A stretch of DNA of 38,084 nt from positions 1 to 38,084 of the forward strand of contig JBFWTW010000001.1 of assembly GCA_050247635.1 (NCBI GenBank). The letters run 5' to 3'. Shown piece by piece: positions 26,158-35,459 of this stretch (positions are counted from its first letter, which is position 1; each line of letters starts with the position of its first letter). A program made the position numbers and the translations under genes. This DNA comes from Candidatus Dadabacteria bacterium. Lineage in GTDB: Bacteria > Desulfobacterota_D > UBA1144 > Nemesobacterales > UBA2774. The notes under the pieces are model-generated. The model ran no database searches. It had not been told where the DNA came from and saw only the letters and a program-made list of their open reading frames with translations.

Positions 26158-27498
26158 CTACTCGATAAAGCTTTTAAGAATCGCCCCCACGTCCGAGCCT
26201 TCGAGCTTTTCGAGCGCGCGCTTTTCGATCTGCCTGATGCGCTCCCTCGTGAGCCTGAAGTGCTTGCCTATCTCGTCGAGAGTGAACGTCGCCTCGAACC
26301 CTATCCCGAACCTCATCTTGAGTATCTGCTCCTCCCTCGGCGTGAGCGTCGAGAGGGCGTCCTTGATCTTCGTCGTGAGGGTCGCCTTGGCGACGGCGTA
26401 ATCCGGGGAGCCGGTTACGTCGTCGGGGATGAAATCGAGGAGCGTCGATTTTTCGCCGTCGAGAACGGGCGAGTCGAGCTGGACGACTTCTTTCGTGGCC
26501 TCGAGCACCCGCTTTACACCCTCGACCGAAATTCCGGTCTTCCGAGATATCTCTTCGGGGAGGGGTTTTCTGCCCATTTCCTTGTTCATGGCCGAGCTCA
26601 CCCTGTGCACCTTCGTCGCCTGCTCGAGGACGTAAACGGGGACGCGGATCGTCCTCGTCTGGTCGAGAAGCGAGCGTGAGATAGCCTGGTGAATCCACCA
26701 TGAAGCGTACGTGGAGAACTTGTAACCTTTGGTATGATCGAATCTTTCGACGGCGCGCATGAGGCCGACGTTGCCTTCCTGGATGAGATCAGGAAGCGGG
26801 AGCCCGCGGCTCATGTAGCGCTTCGCGATGCTGACCACGAGCCTGAGGTTGGCCTTTATGAACCTCTCCTTAAAACGCCTTGCGCGAAGGAGATAGGCCT
26901 TTGAAAGCGTCGTCGAGCGTTTTATGCTCTTCTTCGCCGTGTCGCCGTCCAGCTTGCGGACACGAATGCGGAGATTCTTGGCGGCCTTCGGGTCTCTCCC
27001 GGCCTTGACGCCCTCGCCGTTCCGGACGCTTCTGCCGAGAGTCTTTTCGATCTTCTTCTGGAAGAGCGCGTCGAGCACGGTCTTTACCTCGGCCGCCCTC
27101 GCCTCGCAGCGTTTTATCTTGGCCGAGACCTCTATCTCTTCCTTAGGAGTAAGGAGAGGCTCCATGCCCATCTCCTTGAAATAAACCTGAAGGAGCCTGA
27201 ATTCCTCGTCGGGGGTGAACTGCTTTCCGCCGCTCTCTTCGCCCGAATCTTCTTCTTCGGATTCTTCGGCTTTCATTTCCATCTCGGCCTCGGATATGTC
27301 TGCCAGCACTTTCTCGTCGAGCTCGAGCATAAATTCTTCCTGCTGTGAAGAGTCCGCTTCTTCTGAGTACTCTTCGAACGCCGCCGATTCCTCGAACTTT
27401 TCGGCACCCTTTTCCTTCTTCTTGGAAATTGAGCCGACCCTCGATTTCGGGAGATCGGATACAGTAAGGGTTTTACTCTTCAATCTTGCCTGTCGCAT
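26158..27498 (-). CDS. rpoD: Sigma-70 family primary-like sigma factor (RpoD/SigA type)
   Basis: Region 2 reads DLIQEGNVGLMRAVERFDHTKGYKFSTYASWWIHQAISR and region 4.2 reads TLDEIGKHFRLTRERIRQIEKRALEKL. It has an acidic N-terminus. I cannot decide from the sequence alone whether it is the housekeeping copy. Confidence 0.75.
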   Translation of the reverse strand: MRQARLKSKTLTVSDLPKSRVGSISKKKEKGAEKFEESAAFEEYSEEADSSQQEEFMLELDEKVLADISEAEMEMKAEESEEEDSGEESGGKQFTPDEEFRLLQVYFKEMGMEPLLTPKEEIEVSAKIKRCEARAAEVKTVLDALFQKKIEKTLGRSVRNGEGVKAGRDPKAAKNLRIRVRKLDGDTAKKSIKRSTTLSKAYLLRARRFKERFIKANLRLVVSIAKRYMSRGLPLPDLIQEGNVGLMRAVERFDHTKGYKFSTYASWWIHQAISRSLLDQTRTIRVPVYVLEQATKVHRVSSAMNKEMGRKPLPEEISRKTGISVEGVKRVLEATKEVVQLDSPVLDGEKSTLLDFIPDDVTGSPDYAVAKATLTTKIKDALSTLTPREEQILKMRFGIGFEATFTLDEIGKHFRLTRERIRQIEKRALEKLEGSDVGAILKSFIE

Positions 27499-27527
27499 CT
27501 TGCCATCCTCCTCTATTAAGATGGGTA

Positions 27528-28820
27528 CTACTCTCTGACCTGACCTTCGCCGAATACAATGAACTTGGTCGTAGTCAGTTCCTCAAGGCCCATTGGTCCG
27601 AATGCGTGCAGGCGGGATGTGCTGATTCCTATCTCGGCGCCTAGACCGAGCTCATACCCGTCCGCAAAACGCGTGGAGGCATTCACCATGACGGCGGAAG
27701 AATTGACGCCGTCAACGAACGCACGCGCGTTGGCATAATCCTGGGTGATTATCGATTCGGTGTGCATTGAGCCGTATTTTTCGATGTGAGCTATGGCTTC
27801 TTCGAGGCCGGAGACGACTTTAACGCTAAGGATGAGGTCGAGGTACTCTTCGTACCAGTCGGCCTCTGTCGCTTCCTTAACCCCGGGTACTATTGCTTTC
27901 GTTGCTGCGCATCCCCTTAACTCAACCCCCGCCGCTTCGTATGCACGGGCCATTCGCGGAAGAAAACCCGGCGCGATCTTTTCGTGTACAAGGAGGGTTT
28001 CGAGGGCGTTACACACGCCCGGGCGGGAGACCTTGGCGTTAAGGCATATGCTTTCCGCCATGTCGTTGTCTGCGCTCTCGTCTACGAATATATGGCAGAC
28101 GCCTTTATAGTGCTTGAGCACCGGGATCCTGGAATTTTCCGCAACGAATCTTATGAGCCCCTCGCCTCCCCTGGGAATAACGAGGTCGATGTATTCTTCG
28201 CGCCTGAGCATTTCCAAAACAGCGTCGCGGTCCGTTACGGGGATGATCTGTACGGAGTCCTCGGGGATGCCGGCCTCGCGGGCCGCCCGGCGGAGAACCT
28301 CGCCGATCGCGACGTTCGTTCGGATAGTTTCGGAGCCGCCGCGCAGTATGACGGCGTTGCCCGATTTTACGCAGAGCCCGGCGGCGTCGGCGGTGACGTT
28401 CGGCCTCGATTCGTAGATTATCGCTATTACCCCGAGAGGAATGCGCATACGGCCTACCTGGAGCCCGTTCGGGCGGCGCCACATGCGGACGACCTCGCCG
28501 ACAGGATCTGGAAGAGCCGCGACCTCACGAAGTCCGAGGGCTATCTTTTCGATGCGCGCTTCGTCGAGCCTTAGCCTGTCCGTCATTGCGCCGGAGAGCC
28601 GTTTGGCATCGGCGTCGGCCAGGTCCTTGGCATTTTCTTCTAATATATACGGGGCGTTATCCACGAGCCCTTGTGCCATTCCAAGAAGGGCGGCGTTCCG
28701 GGCTTTGGTGCCCGTTCTTGCGAGCTTTTGCGAAGCGTTTTTGGCCTTTTCGGCGATTTCTCTCAGGAGGTTCGATATTCGGGTATCTTTGGATTTATTT
28801 TTCGTAGTAATCTCAGACAT
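27528..28820 (-). CDS. proA: Gamma-glutamyl phosphate reductase ProA
   Basis: It is full-length with aldehyde dehydrogenase-like motifs: [28 protein letters not shown] (catalytic Cys) and NASTRFADG. Confidence 0.92.
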   Translation of the reverse strand: MSEITTKNKSKDTRISNLLREIAEKAKNASQKLARTGTKARNAALLGMAQGLVDNAPYILEENAKDLADADAKRLSGAMTDRLRLDEARIEKIALGLREVAALPDPVGEVVRMWRRPNGLQVGRMRIPLGVIAIIYESRPNVTADAAGLCVKSGNAVILRGGSETIRTNVAIGEVLRRAAREAGIPEDSVQIIPVTDRDAVLEMLRREEYIDLVIPRGGEGLIRFVAENSRIPVLKHYKGVCHIFVDESADNDMAESICLNAKVSRPGVCNALETLLVHEKIAPGFLPRMARAYEAAGVELRGCAATKAIVPGVKEATEADWYEEYLDLILSVKVVSGLEEAIAHIEKYGSMHTESIITQDYANARAFVDGVNSSAVMVNASTRFADGYELGLGAEIGISTSRLHAFGPMGLEELTTTKFIVFGEGQVRE

Positions 28821-28854
28821 TTAGTTGGTCTATGGTCCTAACACTGGTATTTAA

Positions 28855-28884
28855 ATGATAATACAACCGGCGAAGCAAAGTCAA
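28855..28884 (-). promoter_or_regulatory. Candidate sigma-70 promoter for proA
   Basis: The minus strand reads TTGACT (28884..28879), an 18-nt spacer, then TATCAT (28860..28855). This lies about 35 nt upstream of the ATG. Confidence 0.35.
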
Positions 28885-28995
28885 GGGTAATTTTTACGCT
28901 CTTGCACTGTAAACACGGGCTGAAAAGCTATTGAAAATAGAATAACCGGGCCGGCGGAAAAGGCTACTCCCCTCCAGAGATTTTTTCGAAATAAT

Positions 28996-29931
28996 CTAGA
29001 GAGCTTTTTTAAAATAATCTATAGTGCGCGCGAGGCCCTCGTCGAGCCCCAGGGTCGGCACCCAGCCGAGCTTCTCAGTGGCCAGCGTGATATCGGGTTT
29101 TCTTCGCTTGGGGTCGTCACCGGGGAGATCGCAGGAGACGATCTTCGACCGGGAGCCCGTGAGTGCTATTACTTTCTCGGCGAGATGCCGTATCGTGACC
29201 TCGTCCGGGTTGCCTGCGTTTACGGGCCCCGTGAACCCCTTCTCGGTCGCCATCATCCTGACCATCGCCTCGACAGTGTCGTCTACGTAGCAAAATGAGC
29301 GCGTCTGCGAGCCGTCGCCGTAGATGGTGACGTCTTCGCCCCGGAGCGCCTGCACTATGATGTTGCTGACGACCCTGCCGTCGTCGGCCAGCATGCGCGG
29401 GCCATAGGTGTTGAATATCCTGAGGACCTTTATGTCCATACCGTGTTGGCGGTAGTAGTCGAAAAAGAGCGTCTCCGCGCAGCGCTTGCCCTCGTCGTAA
29501 CACGCCCGCGGGCCGATGGGGTTGACGTTGCCCCAGTACCATTCGGGCTGGGGGTGGACCGTCGGATCGCCGTAGACCTCGCTCGTCGAGGCCTGGAAGA
29601 TCTTTACCCGAAGACGCTTGGCGAGCCCGAGCATGTTTATCGAGCCCGAGACGTTGACCTTGGTCGTCTGGACCGGGTCGTATTGGTAATGGACGGGCGA
29701 CGCAGGGCAGGCGAGGTTGTATATCTCGTCCACCTCGACGAAAAGCGGGAAGCAGATATCGTGGCGTATGACCTCGAACGCGGGGTTCGGCAGAAGGTGC
29801 TTGATATTGTCCTTTCTGCCCGTGAAGAAATTATCGACGCAGATGACCTCGTCGCCGTCCGCGAGGAGCCTGTCGCAGAGGTGGGAGCCGATAAATCCGG
29901 CCCCTCCCGTCACAAGTATCCTTTTGCCCAT
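28996..29931 (-). CDS. UDP-glucuronate decarboxylase (UDP-xylose synthase)
   Basis: Matching segments are [50 protein letters not shown] and YDEGKR, typical of the UXS subfamily of SDRs. Confidence 0.85.
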   Translation of the reverse strand: MGKRILVTGGAGFIGSHLCDRLLADGDEVICVDNFFTGRKDNIKHLLPNPAFEVIRHDICFPLFVEVDEIYNLACPASPVHYQYDPVQTTKVNVSGSINMLGLAKRLRVKIFQASTSEVYGDPTVHPQPEWYWGNVNPIGPRACYDEGKRCAETLFFDYYRQHGMDIKVLRIFNTYGPRMLADDGRVVSNIIVQALRGEDVTIYGDGSQTRSFCYVDDTVEAMVRMMATEKGFTGPVNAGNPDEVTIRHLAEKVIALTGSRSKIVSCDLPGDDPKRRKPDITLATEKLGWVPTLGLDEGLARTIDYFKKAL

Positions 29932-29973
29932 TAGTTTCTATTCCCGAACCGAGGGTTCCCGAATATTTCGGAC

Positions 29974-30573
29974 TCAGCCCTTGAGCACGTTCTTCGCCCT
30001 GAGATAGGATATAACGATTTCGGCGCCGTCGTCGAGGCTGGTTTCCGCAGTCTTTATCGTTATCTCGGGGTTGAGCGGGGCTTCGTAGGGATCGTCGATG
30101 CCGGTAAAGCCCTTTATGACGCCCTCGCGAGCCTTCTTGTAAAGCCCTTTTACGTCCCTCTCCTCGCAGACTTCGAGCGGTGCGTCGACATAAACTTCGA
30201 TGAATTCGCCGTCATCGACGAGATCCCTTACGGCGTCCCTGTCGCGCCTGTACGGGGAGACGAATGCCGAGAGGACTACCATGCCGGCGTTTACGAAGAG
30301 CTTCGACACCTCGCCGATGCGGCGGATGTTCTCGGCCCTGTCCTCTTCGGAAAAGCCGAGGTCCTTGCAAAGCCCCATCCTTACGTTATCGCCGTCGAGG
30401 ATGAACGTCCTCGCGCCTGTGGAAATGAGCTTCTTTTCGATTTCGTTCGCCAGTGTCGATTTGCCCGAGCTAGGAAGGCCCGTGAACCAGAGTATGACAG
30501 AGCCGTGGCCGTTCAGGTTACGCCTGTCTTCCTTCGTTATTTCATGATCGTGGGGAATTATAAATCTTTCCAT
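29974..30573 (-). CDS. cysC: Adenylylsulfate (APS) kinase
   Basis: Matching segments are VILWFTGLPSSGKSTLA, LDGDNVR, SAFVSPYRRDR and FTGIDDPYEAP. Confidence 0.9.
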   Translation of the reverse strand: MERFIIPHDHEITKEDRRNLNGHGSVILWFTGLPSSGKSTLANEIEKKLISTGARTFILDGDNVRMGLCKDLGFSEEDRAENIRRIGEVSKLFVNAGMVVLSAFVSPYRRDRDAVRDLVDDGEFIEVYVDAPLEVCEERDVKGLYKKAREGVIKGFTGIDDPYEAPLNPEITIKTAETSLDDGAEIVISYLRAKNVLKG

Positions 30574-30787
30574 TAAAATAAAAACCTCCTTGGCTATAGC
30601 TGAAATCCCCCTGTGGGCGGATTTTGGCTTATGAGTTTATGTGATATTTCGGAAAGGTCAAAGAGAGGGAAATGCGCCTCTTGCCGCCCAGAACATCAGG
30701 CGAACCGAGCCCGTACGGCGGCTTCGGACGGAACCTTTCCGTAGAACACATGAATTCCCGGTATCCGAAGCCCCGCTACACCCGCGA

Positions 30788-30967
30788 TTAAAAAAGCGTG
30801 TATATAAACGGAGCTACGGCGGAGCTCTGTGCGAAAACTATCAGTAATCCGAACAGAAGCAGGATCAGAAGCATGGGGGTAATCCACCACCATTTGTTCT
30901 GTATGAAGAACTGAAGCAGCTCCCCTGCAATACCCATTCTGTTCGTAAGGCCTTTCAAAAAGGACAT
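30788..30967 (-). CDS. DUF5989 / SxtK-like small membrane protein
   Basis: This 59-aa ORF starts at the internal ATG. MSFLKGL...NKWWWITPMLLILLLFGLLIVFAQSSAVAPFIYTLF matches my recollection of the family, especially the APFIYTLF end, that accompanies carbamoyltransferases. Confidence 0.65.
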   Translation of the reverse strand: MSFLKGLTNRMGIAGELLQFFIQNKWWWITPMLLILLLFGLLIVFAQSSAVAPFIYTLF

Positions 30968-31075
30968 ATTTTCATCCCCGTGTGAGATTTTGTAACAGTA
31001 TACATGTAAATGAAAAAAGGGCATAGATTTTTCTGAGGGGGCGTCTCGGACGCGCCGGTCCCCCATTATTACAAC

Positions 31076-31098
31076 CCCTCTCCGGCAGCGGGAGAGGG
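31076..31098. repeat. GC-rich palindromic hairpin element
   Basis: CCCTCTCC at 31076..31083 pairs with GGAGAGGG at 31091..31098, an 8-bp stem with a 7-nt loop. Another GC hairpin (GGGGGCGTC..GACG..CCCCC) lies at about 31037..31064. Confidence 0.45.
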
Positions 31099-31100
31099 AA

Positions 31101-31124
31101 CCAAAAAGCCCGGGCTTATCCGGG
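31101..31124 (-). terminator. Short intrinsic terminator-like hairpin after the carbamoyltransferase gene
   Basis: The minus-strand RNA reads CCCGG-AUAAGC-CCGGG followed by CUUUUUGG, starting 8 nt after the stop codon. The stem is only 5 bp. Confidence 0.35.
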
Positions 31125-31131
31125 AAAGCGT

Positions 31132-32931
31132 TTACAGATCGTTGTCCTGGGCGTCCTTCTTCTCGACGAGATAATTCCCGAGGACGAGGGCGTCCATGCC
31201 GCTCTTGCTGAACGAGTTGTATGCCTCCGCAGGGGTGTTCACTATAGGCTCGCCCTTAAGGTTGAAGGACGTATTCAGCACGACGGGCGTACCCGTCGCG
31301 TCGCCGACGACTTCTATCAGCCTGTAGTACTTCGGGTTGAGCTCTTTCCTTACAGTCTGGAGCCTGCCGGTGCCGTCCACGTGCGTTATCGCCGGGAGCT
31401 TGTCGCGCTTGTCCTCGTGGACATTCGTCACGTAGAGCATGAAGCGGGCCGGATAGTGCTTTTCGGGGTGTTCGAGGTCGAAGTACTCGTGCGCCTTTTC
31501 CTCGAGGACGGAGGGCGCGAACGGGCGGAACGGCTCCCTGAACTTGATCTTCACGTTTACGATGTCCTTCATATCGTGCCTTCCGGGGTTGGCGAGGATG
31601 CTGCGGTTCCCGAGCGCGCGGGGGCCCCACTCGAAACGTCCCTGGTGCCAGCCGACGACCTTGCCGTCCGCAAGGAGAGACGCTACGCGCTCGATGAGCT
31701 TTTCGTCGTCCTCGATGCGCTCGTAGGGGATGTTGTTTTCTTTGAGGAATTCTTCGGTGTCTGCCGCGGAATGCTCCTGCCCCCAGTAGGCGTGCTCCAT
31801 GACGAACTTCCGCGGGTTTCCGAGGAGGGTGTGGTAACCATAGAGCGCTGCGCCTATGGCCGCGCCGCCGTCGCCCGCCGCGGGCTGGATATATATCTGC
31901 TCGAAAGGCGTCTGGGCGAGAATCTTCCTGTTGGCGACGCTGTTGAGCGCGACGCCCCCCGCCATGCAGAGATTTTTGAGACCTGTTTCTTTATAGGCGT
32001 AATTGGCCATCTTGACCATTATCTCTTCGACCACCACCTGTATGCTGGCGGCGATGTCGGCGTAGTACTGGTTCTGCTTGCCGACCTCTTCGAAGTTGGC
32101 GGGCTTTTCGCCGAAGTAGGACGGGTATCCGCTGCCCGGGGTGAAGAAGTGCGCCTTCGGGTCGCGCGGAGTGCCGAAGAGCTTTTCGAATTTTTTGTTA
32201 AACGTCTTTTCCGAGGAATAGTGGAATGAGAAGTAATCCATGTCGAGCTCGAACCCGCCGTCGTCGTCCACCCGAATGAGCTCGTAGACCTTGTCCACGT
32301 AGAGCGGCCTTCCGAAGGGGGCCATGCCCATGACTTTATATTCGCCCTCGTTCACCTCGAACCCGAGAAACGCCGTGAACGCGCTGTAGAGGAGGCCGAG
32401 AGAGTGCGGGAATCTTATTTCCTTAATCAGCTTGAGGTCCGTCCCCTTGCCGACGCCGAGCGCGGCCGTCGTCCATTCGCCGACGCCGTCCACGGTGAGA
32501 ATAGCGGCCTCTTCGTAGGGCGAGCAGAAGAACGCGCTCGCCGCATGGGAGAGGTGATGCTCGCTGAAGAGAATCTTCTCGGGCGGGATGCCGAGCTTCC
32601 CCAGGAGGAGATGCTTTACCCAGAGCTTGTCGCCGAGCCACGTGACCATAGCCTCGCGAAAGAGCTTCATCGAGCGGGGGAACGTCTGCATCGTGCACAG
32701 AAGAAGCCTCTCGAACTTCACGAACGGCTTTTCGAAGAACATGACGTAGTCTATGTCTTCGGCTTCGATGCCGCCCGTCTCGAGGCAGAACTCTATCGCC
32801 ATTTCCGGGAATTCGAAGTCGTGTTTTATGCGCGTGAAGCGCTCTTCTTCGGCAGCCGCGACGAGGACGCCGTCTTTCAAAAGGGCTGCAGCAGCGTCAT
32901 GAAAGTAACAGGATATACCTAATATGTTCAT
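31132..32931 (-). CDS. Carbamoyltransferase, NodU/CmcH family
   Basis: Matching segments are MNILGISCYFHDAAAALLKDG..EEERFTRIKHD, HHLSHAASAF and GGVALNS, plus the C-terminal YrdC-like part HVDGTGRLQTV and LNTSFN. Confidence 0.9.
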   Translation of the reverse strand: MNILGISCYFHDAAAALLKDGVLVAAAEEERFTRIKHDFEFPEMAIEFCLETGGIEAEDIDYVMFFEKPFVKFERLLLCTMQTFPRSMKLFREAMVTWLGDKLWVKHLLLGKLGIPPEKILFSEHHLSHAASAFFCSPYEEAAILTVDGVGEWTTAALGVGKGTDLKLIKEIRFPHSLGLLYSAFTAFLGFEVNEGEYKVMGMAPFGRPLYVDKVYELIRVDDDGGFELDMDYFSFHYSSEKTFNKKFEKLFGTPRDPKAHFFTPGSGYPSYFGEKPANFEEVGKQNQYYADIAASIQVVVEEIMVKMANYAYKETGLKNLCMAGGVALNSVANRKILAQTPFEQIYIQPAAGDGGAAIGAALYGYHTLLGNPRKFVMEHAYWGQEHSAADTEEFLKENNIPYERIEDDEKLIERVASLLADGKVVGWHQGRFEWGPRALGNRSILANPGRHDMKDIVNVKIKFREPFRPFAPSVLEEKAHEYFDLEHPEKHYPARFMLYVTNVHEDKRDKLPAITHVDGTGRLQTVRKELNPKYYRLIEVVGDATGTPVVLNTSFNLKGEPIVNTPAEAYNSFSKSGMDALVLGNYLVEKKDAQDNDL

Positions 32932-32982
32932 ATATATTCCGGCCTCCGGGAATAAATACCGGGCATGGGCCCGGCGCGGGCG

Positions 32983-33258
32983 TCAGAACTGTTTCTGCGC
33001 CCTCTCTAGGGGTGTCGTGCCTTCCTTCTCCTCTTTTAAGTGCCAGCCGTGGCGTTCCTTCTTCTTCATCTGAAGCGGGTCTGTAAACGCCCTTACGGCC
33101 ATGGCGAACGGGAGGAGCGGGACGAGATAAAACAGCGTGAGAATGACCCTTGCGTTAAAGTCGCCTATCTTGCGGGCGATTTTCTTCCACCAGTTCCAGG
33201 CCCTCCGAAACGGGCCCCCGGTGGAGTTGTCCTTTTTATCCTTTTTATTCTGAGCCAT
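32983..33258 (-). CDS. Small basic membrane protein, first gene of the carbamoyltransferase unit
   Basis: One hydrophobic hairpin (RVILTLFYLVPLLPFAMAV) is flanked by Lys-rich ends. The ATG at 33258 has AAGGAG 5 nt upstream. It may be SxtJ-like, but I cannot confirm that. Confidence 0.5.
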   Translation of the reverse strand: MAQNKKDKKDNSTGGPFRRAWNWWKKIARKIGDFNARVILTLFYLVPLLPFAMAVRAFTDPLQMKKKERHGWHLKEEKEGTTPLERAQKQF

Positions 33259-33452
33259 CACATCTCCTTATAAGACATACGGGAAAAATATACGTGGCTT
33301 TACGGCTTAAAAGTGTGCCCGTCAGGTTTCTTTTCGAAGGGAAAAGAATACAGTCCTTTTGTTGCGTTTAAAAGCAAATTGTGATTCCGGTCAGATAAAA
33401 ATTTGATTCCGGAGCGTATCATGCAGCCCGGAAGCGGAAAACGGGGATTCTA

Positions 33453-35459
33453 TTATCCGTCGGCTCCGCCCGAGGTCTCTATCCTGTAGTTGAGCTCGAT
33501 TATCTTCCATCCGGCGTCCTTCCAGGCGAGCTTCCAGTTGATGTTGCCCTTCGAGCTCTTGAGCGCGCCAGTGCGCGCGTCTTTGTAGGTCACGAAGAAG
33601 TCGCCCCTCACGAAACCGAAATCGTTTTGAACGAGCGCCCTTTTGACCTTGACGTCGTAATTCAGGATATCGATCGAGTTGAAGCTGGAATCGTACTTCT
33701 TCATTACGGTTGCGAGATCGACCCCGTTCTCGACGGCGCCCGACGAAAAGAGGGTCTTCAGCCTCGGGAGATCCTTTCCCCTGTAAGCGTTTATGTATTC
33801 CGTCACAAAGCCGTAAAGCGTGCTCTTGTCCGGGGTGGTTTCGGGCCGGCGCACGACATTGTTGCCGTGCGCTATCGCTGTAGTCGAAGGCCCTGGATCG
33901 AAAACGTCGGCCGCCGCTTCCTTAACCTGCGGCCTGACAGGCTCGGCCTGCCTGGCCACCGTCGTTATCTCCTTTGCAGGCGCGGATTTTGCGGGCTCGG
34001 TCTTCACCAGTGCGCTTTCGGCGGCTTTCGCCATTACAGGCGGGGGCTCGCCGGATACAACCAGCCTGTCCCCGATCTTTATATTGTTCTCACTGAGGTT
34101 GTTAAGCCTCTTGATTTTGTCGGTGGTAGTGTCGAACTTCCTAGCAATAGTCCAGAGCGACTCGCCGCTCGATACGGTGTAGTACTTTCCGTCTTCGAGC
34201 TCGGGCTTGGCCGCCTCGGCCGGCTCTTCCGCTGCCTTCTTTTCAGGCTCGGGGACGGCCGCTGCTACCTCCGCCGGCTTTTCAGGCTCCGTCTTGTGCG
34301 GAATAGGCGTTGCCTCCGTGGCGTCCGTAGCCTCGGCGACCTTCACTTGCTCCACTTCCTCGGCCGTATCCGCTTTGGCCGGCTCTTCCGCCGCTTCGGG
34401 CGTATCTTCCACGGCAGCTACCTCGGCCTTGTTTTCAGGCTCGGTCCTGTGCGGAATAGGCGTAACCTCGGGGGCGTCGGTGGCCTCGGCGATCTCCATT
34501 CCCCCGACTACATCGGCAGATATTTTCGATTCGGGGAGGTTCACGATCGGAACCATCGCTTCGCCCTCCGCGGGATTTTCGGCCCCAGGCGCGGCGGCCA
34601 CTATCTCGCCCTCCGTCTCGGGCTCGTTCCCGGCGATCTTTTCACCAGCCTCTACGGGCGCTGTTTCCGGAAGGTTCTTTTCGGAAGCCGCAAGCGGCGC
34701 TCTTTTGTCTATGGTTTCGGCGGGGGGAGGCACATCGTAGTCCGCGGACTCCTCGATATTCACAGCCTGTTCGAGCTTTTCGGTACGCTCGGCCAGGGTA
34801 TCGCCCCTGTAAACGGGGTTCGGAAGGGCGGGGTGTTCGATAACCCTCGCCATCTGTTCTTTTTCTTCCTGTGATTTGAAAATGAGCCCCGAGCCGGCAG
34901 CGTAAACCAGGGCAATTAGTATGACGACGAGAATAGGCGCGCCTATGTAAACGTTCTTCTGAAGGTCGAACGTTGGGACGACAACCGGCACGGGCGGCAG
35001 GAACTTCCTGTCGTACGCGTCGCGCTTTTCGCGGTTGCCGACGACGCCGTAGGCTTCGTTGATGAGCTTGGCCCTTTCGGAAGCGTCGGAGCCGGCGAGG
35101 TCGGGATGGTTCGACTTCATGAGCTCGATCCAGTTCCGCCTGATCTCTTCCTCGCTCGCTTCGCGGTCAACGCCCAGGGTCTTGTAATAGTCCGGCGCTT
35201 CGGACTGGTAATTGGGAATAGTGTAGTTGATGACGAGCCGCGCCTGCTCGATTATGAAGTCGGTGCTGACCTTCCTTTTAGCGGCGATTTTCCTTAGAAG
35301 CTTGAAATTCGGGGAACGGTCGCCAGCGGCTATGTCGCGGAGGACGTGGAAATAAAACACCCTGTCCCTCGAAAAACGCTCCGCAATTAACCTTATGTCT
35401 TTGCCGTCAACAAGCTCGGATACTATCCGCTCGTATCTCCATTTATCCAGTGTTATCAA
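33453..35459 (-). CDS. Membrane-anchored J-domain protein with repeat-rich linker, LysM and NTF2-like domains
   Basis: The J domain reads DYYKTLGV...NHPD...AYGVVGNREKRDAYD (residues about 90-152). The TM is APILVVILIALVYAAGSGLIF. A Pro/Glu/Ala-rich linker contains a tandem repeat. The LysM domain reads YYTVSSGESLWTIARKF...IKIGDRLVV. The C-terminal roughly 120 aa look SnoaL/NTF2-like (WKLAWKDAGWKII). Confidence 0.8.
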   Translation of the reverse strand: MITLDKWRYERIVSELVDGKDIRLIAERFSRDRVFYFHVLRDIAAGDRSPNFKLLRKIAAKRKVSTDFIIEQARLVINYTIPNYQSEAPDYYKTLGVDREASEEEIRRNWIELMKSNHPDLAGSDASERAKLINEAYGVVGNREKRDAYDRKFLPPVPVVVPTFDLQKNVYIGAPILVVILIALVYAAGSGLIFKSQEEKEQMARVIEHPALPNPVYRGDTLAERTEKLEQAVNIEESADYDVPPPAETIDKRAPLAASEKNLPETAPVEAGEKIAGNEPETEGEIVAAAPGAENPAEGEAMVPIVNLPESKISADVVGGMEIAEATDAPEVTPIPHRTEPENKAEVAAVEDTPEAAEEPAKADTAEEVEQVKVAEATDATEATPIPHKTEPEKPAEVAAAVPEPEKKAAEEPAEAAKPELEDGKYYTVSSGESLWTIARKFDTTTDKIKRLNNLSENNIKIGDRLVVSGEPPPVMAKAAESALVKTEPAKSAPAKEITTVARQAEPVRPQVKEAAADVFDPGPSTTAIAHGNNVVRRPETTPDKSTLYGFVTEYINAYRGKDLPRLKTLFSSGAVENGVDLATVMKKYDSSFNSIDILNYDVKVKRALVQNDFGFVRGDFFVTYKDARTGALKSSKGNINWKLAWKDAGWKIIELNYRIETSGGADG
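34200..34490 (-). repeat. Tandem in-frame duplication (153 nt = 51 aa) inside the J-domain protein gene
   Basis: AEATDAPEVTPIPHRTEPENKAEVAAV and AEATDATEATPIPHKTEPEKPAEVAAA are the two copies. At DNA level, TTTTCAGGCTC[C/G]GTC[T/C]TGTGCGGAATAGGCGT recurs at 34279 and 34432. Confidence 0.85.

Noticed and set aside
33627-34874. A 415-aa plus-strand ORF, plus the ORFs at 34207..34740 and 33820..34182, antisense to the J-domain/LysM gene.
   Set aside because: The products are dominated by R/G/L/F or S/A/G runs with no motifs. The minus frame carries clean J, LysM and TM features.
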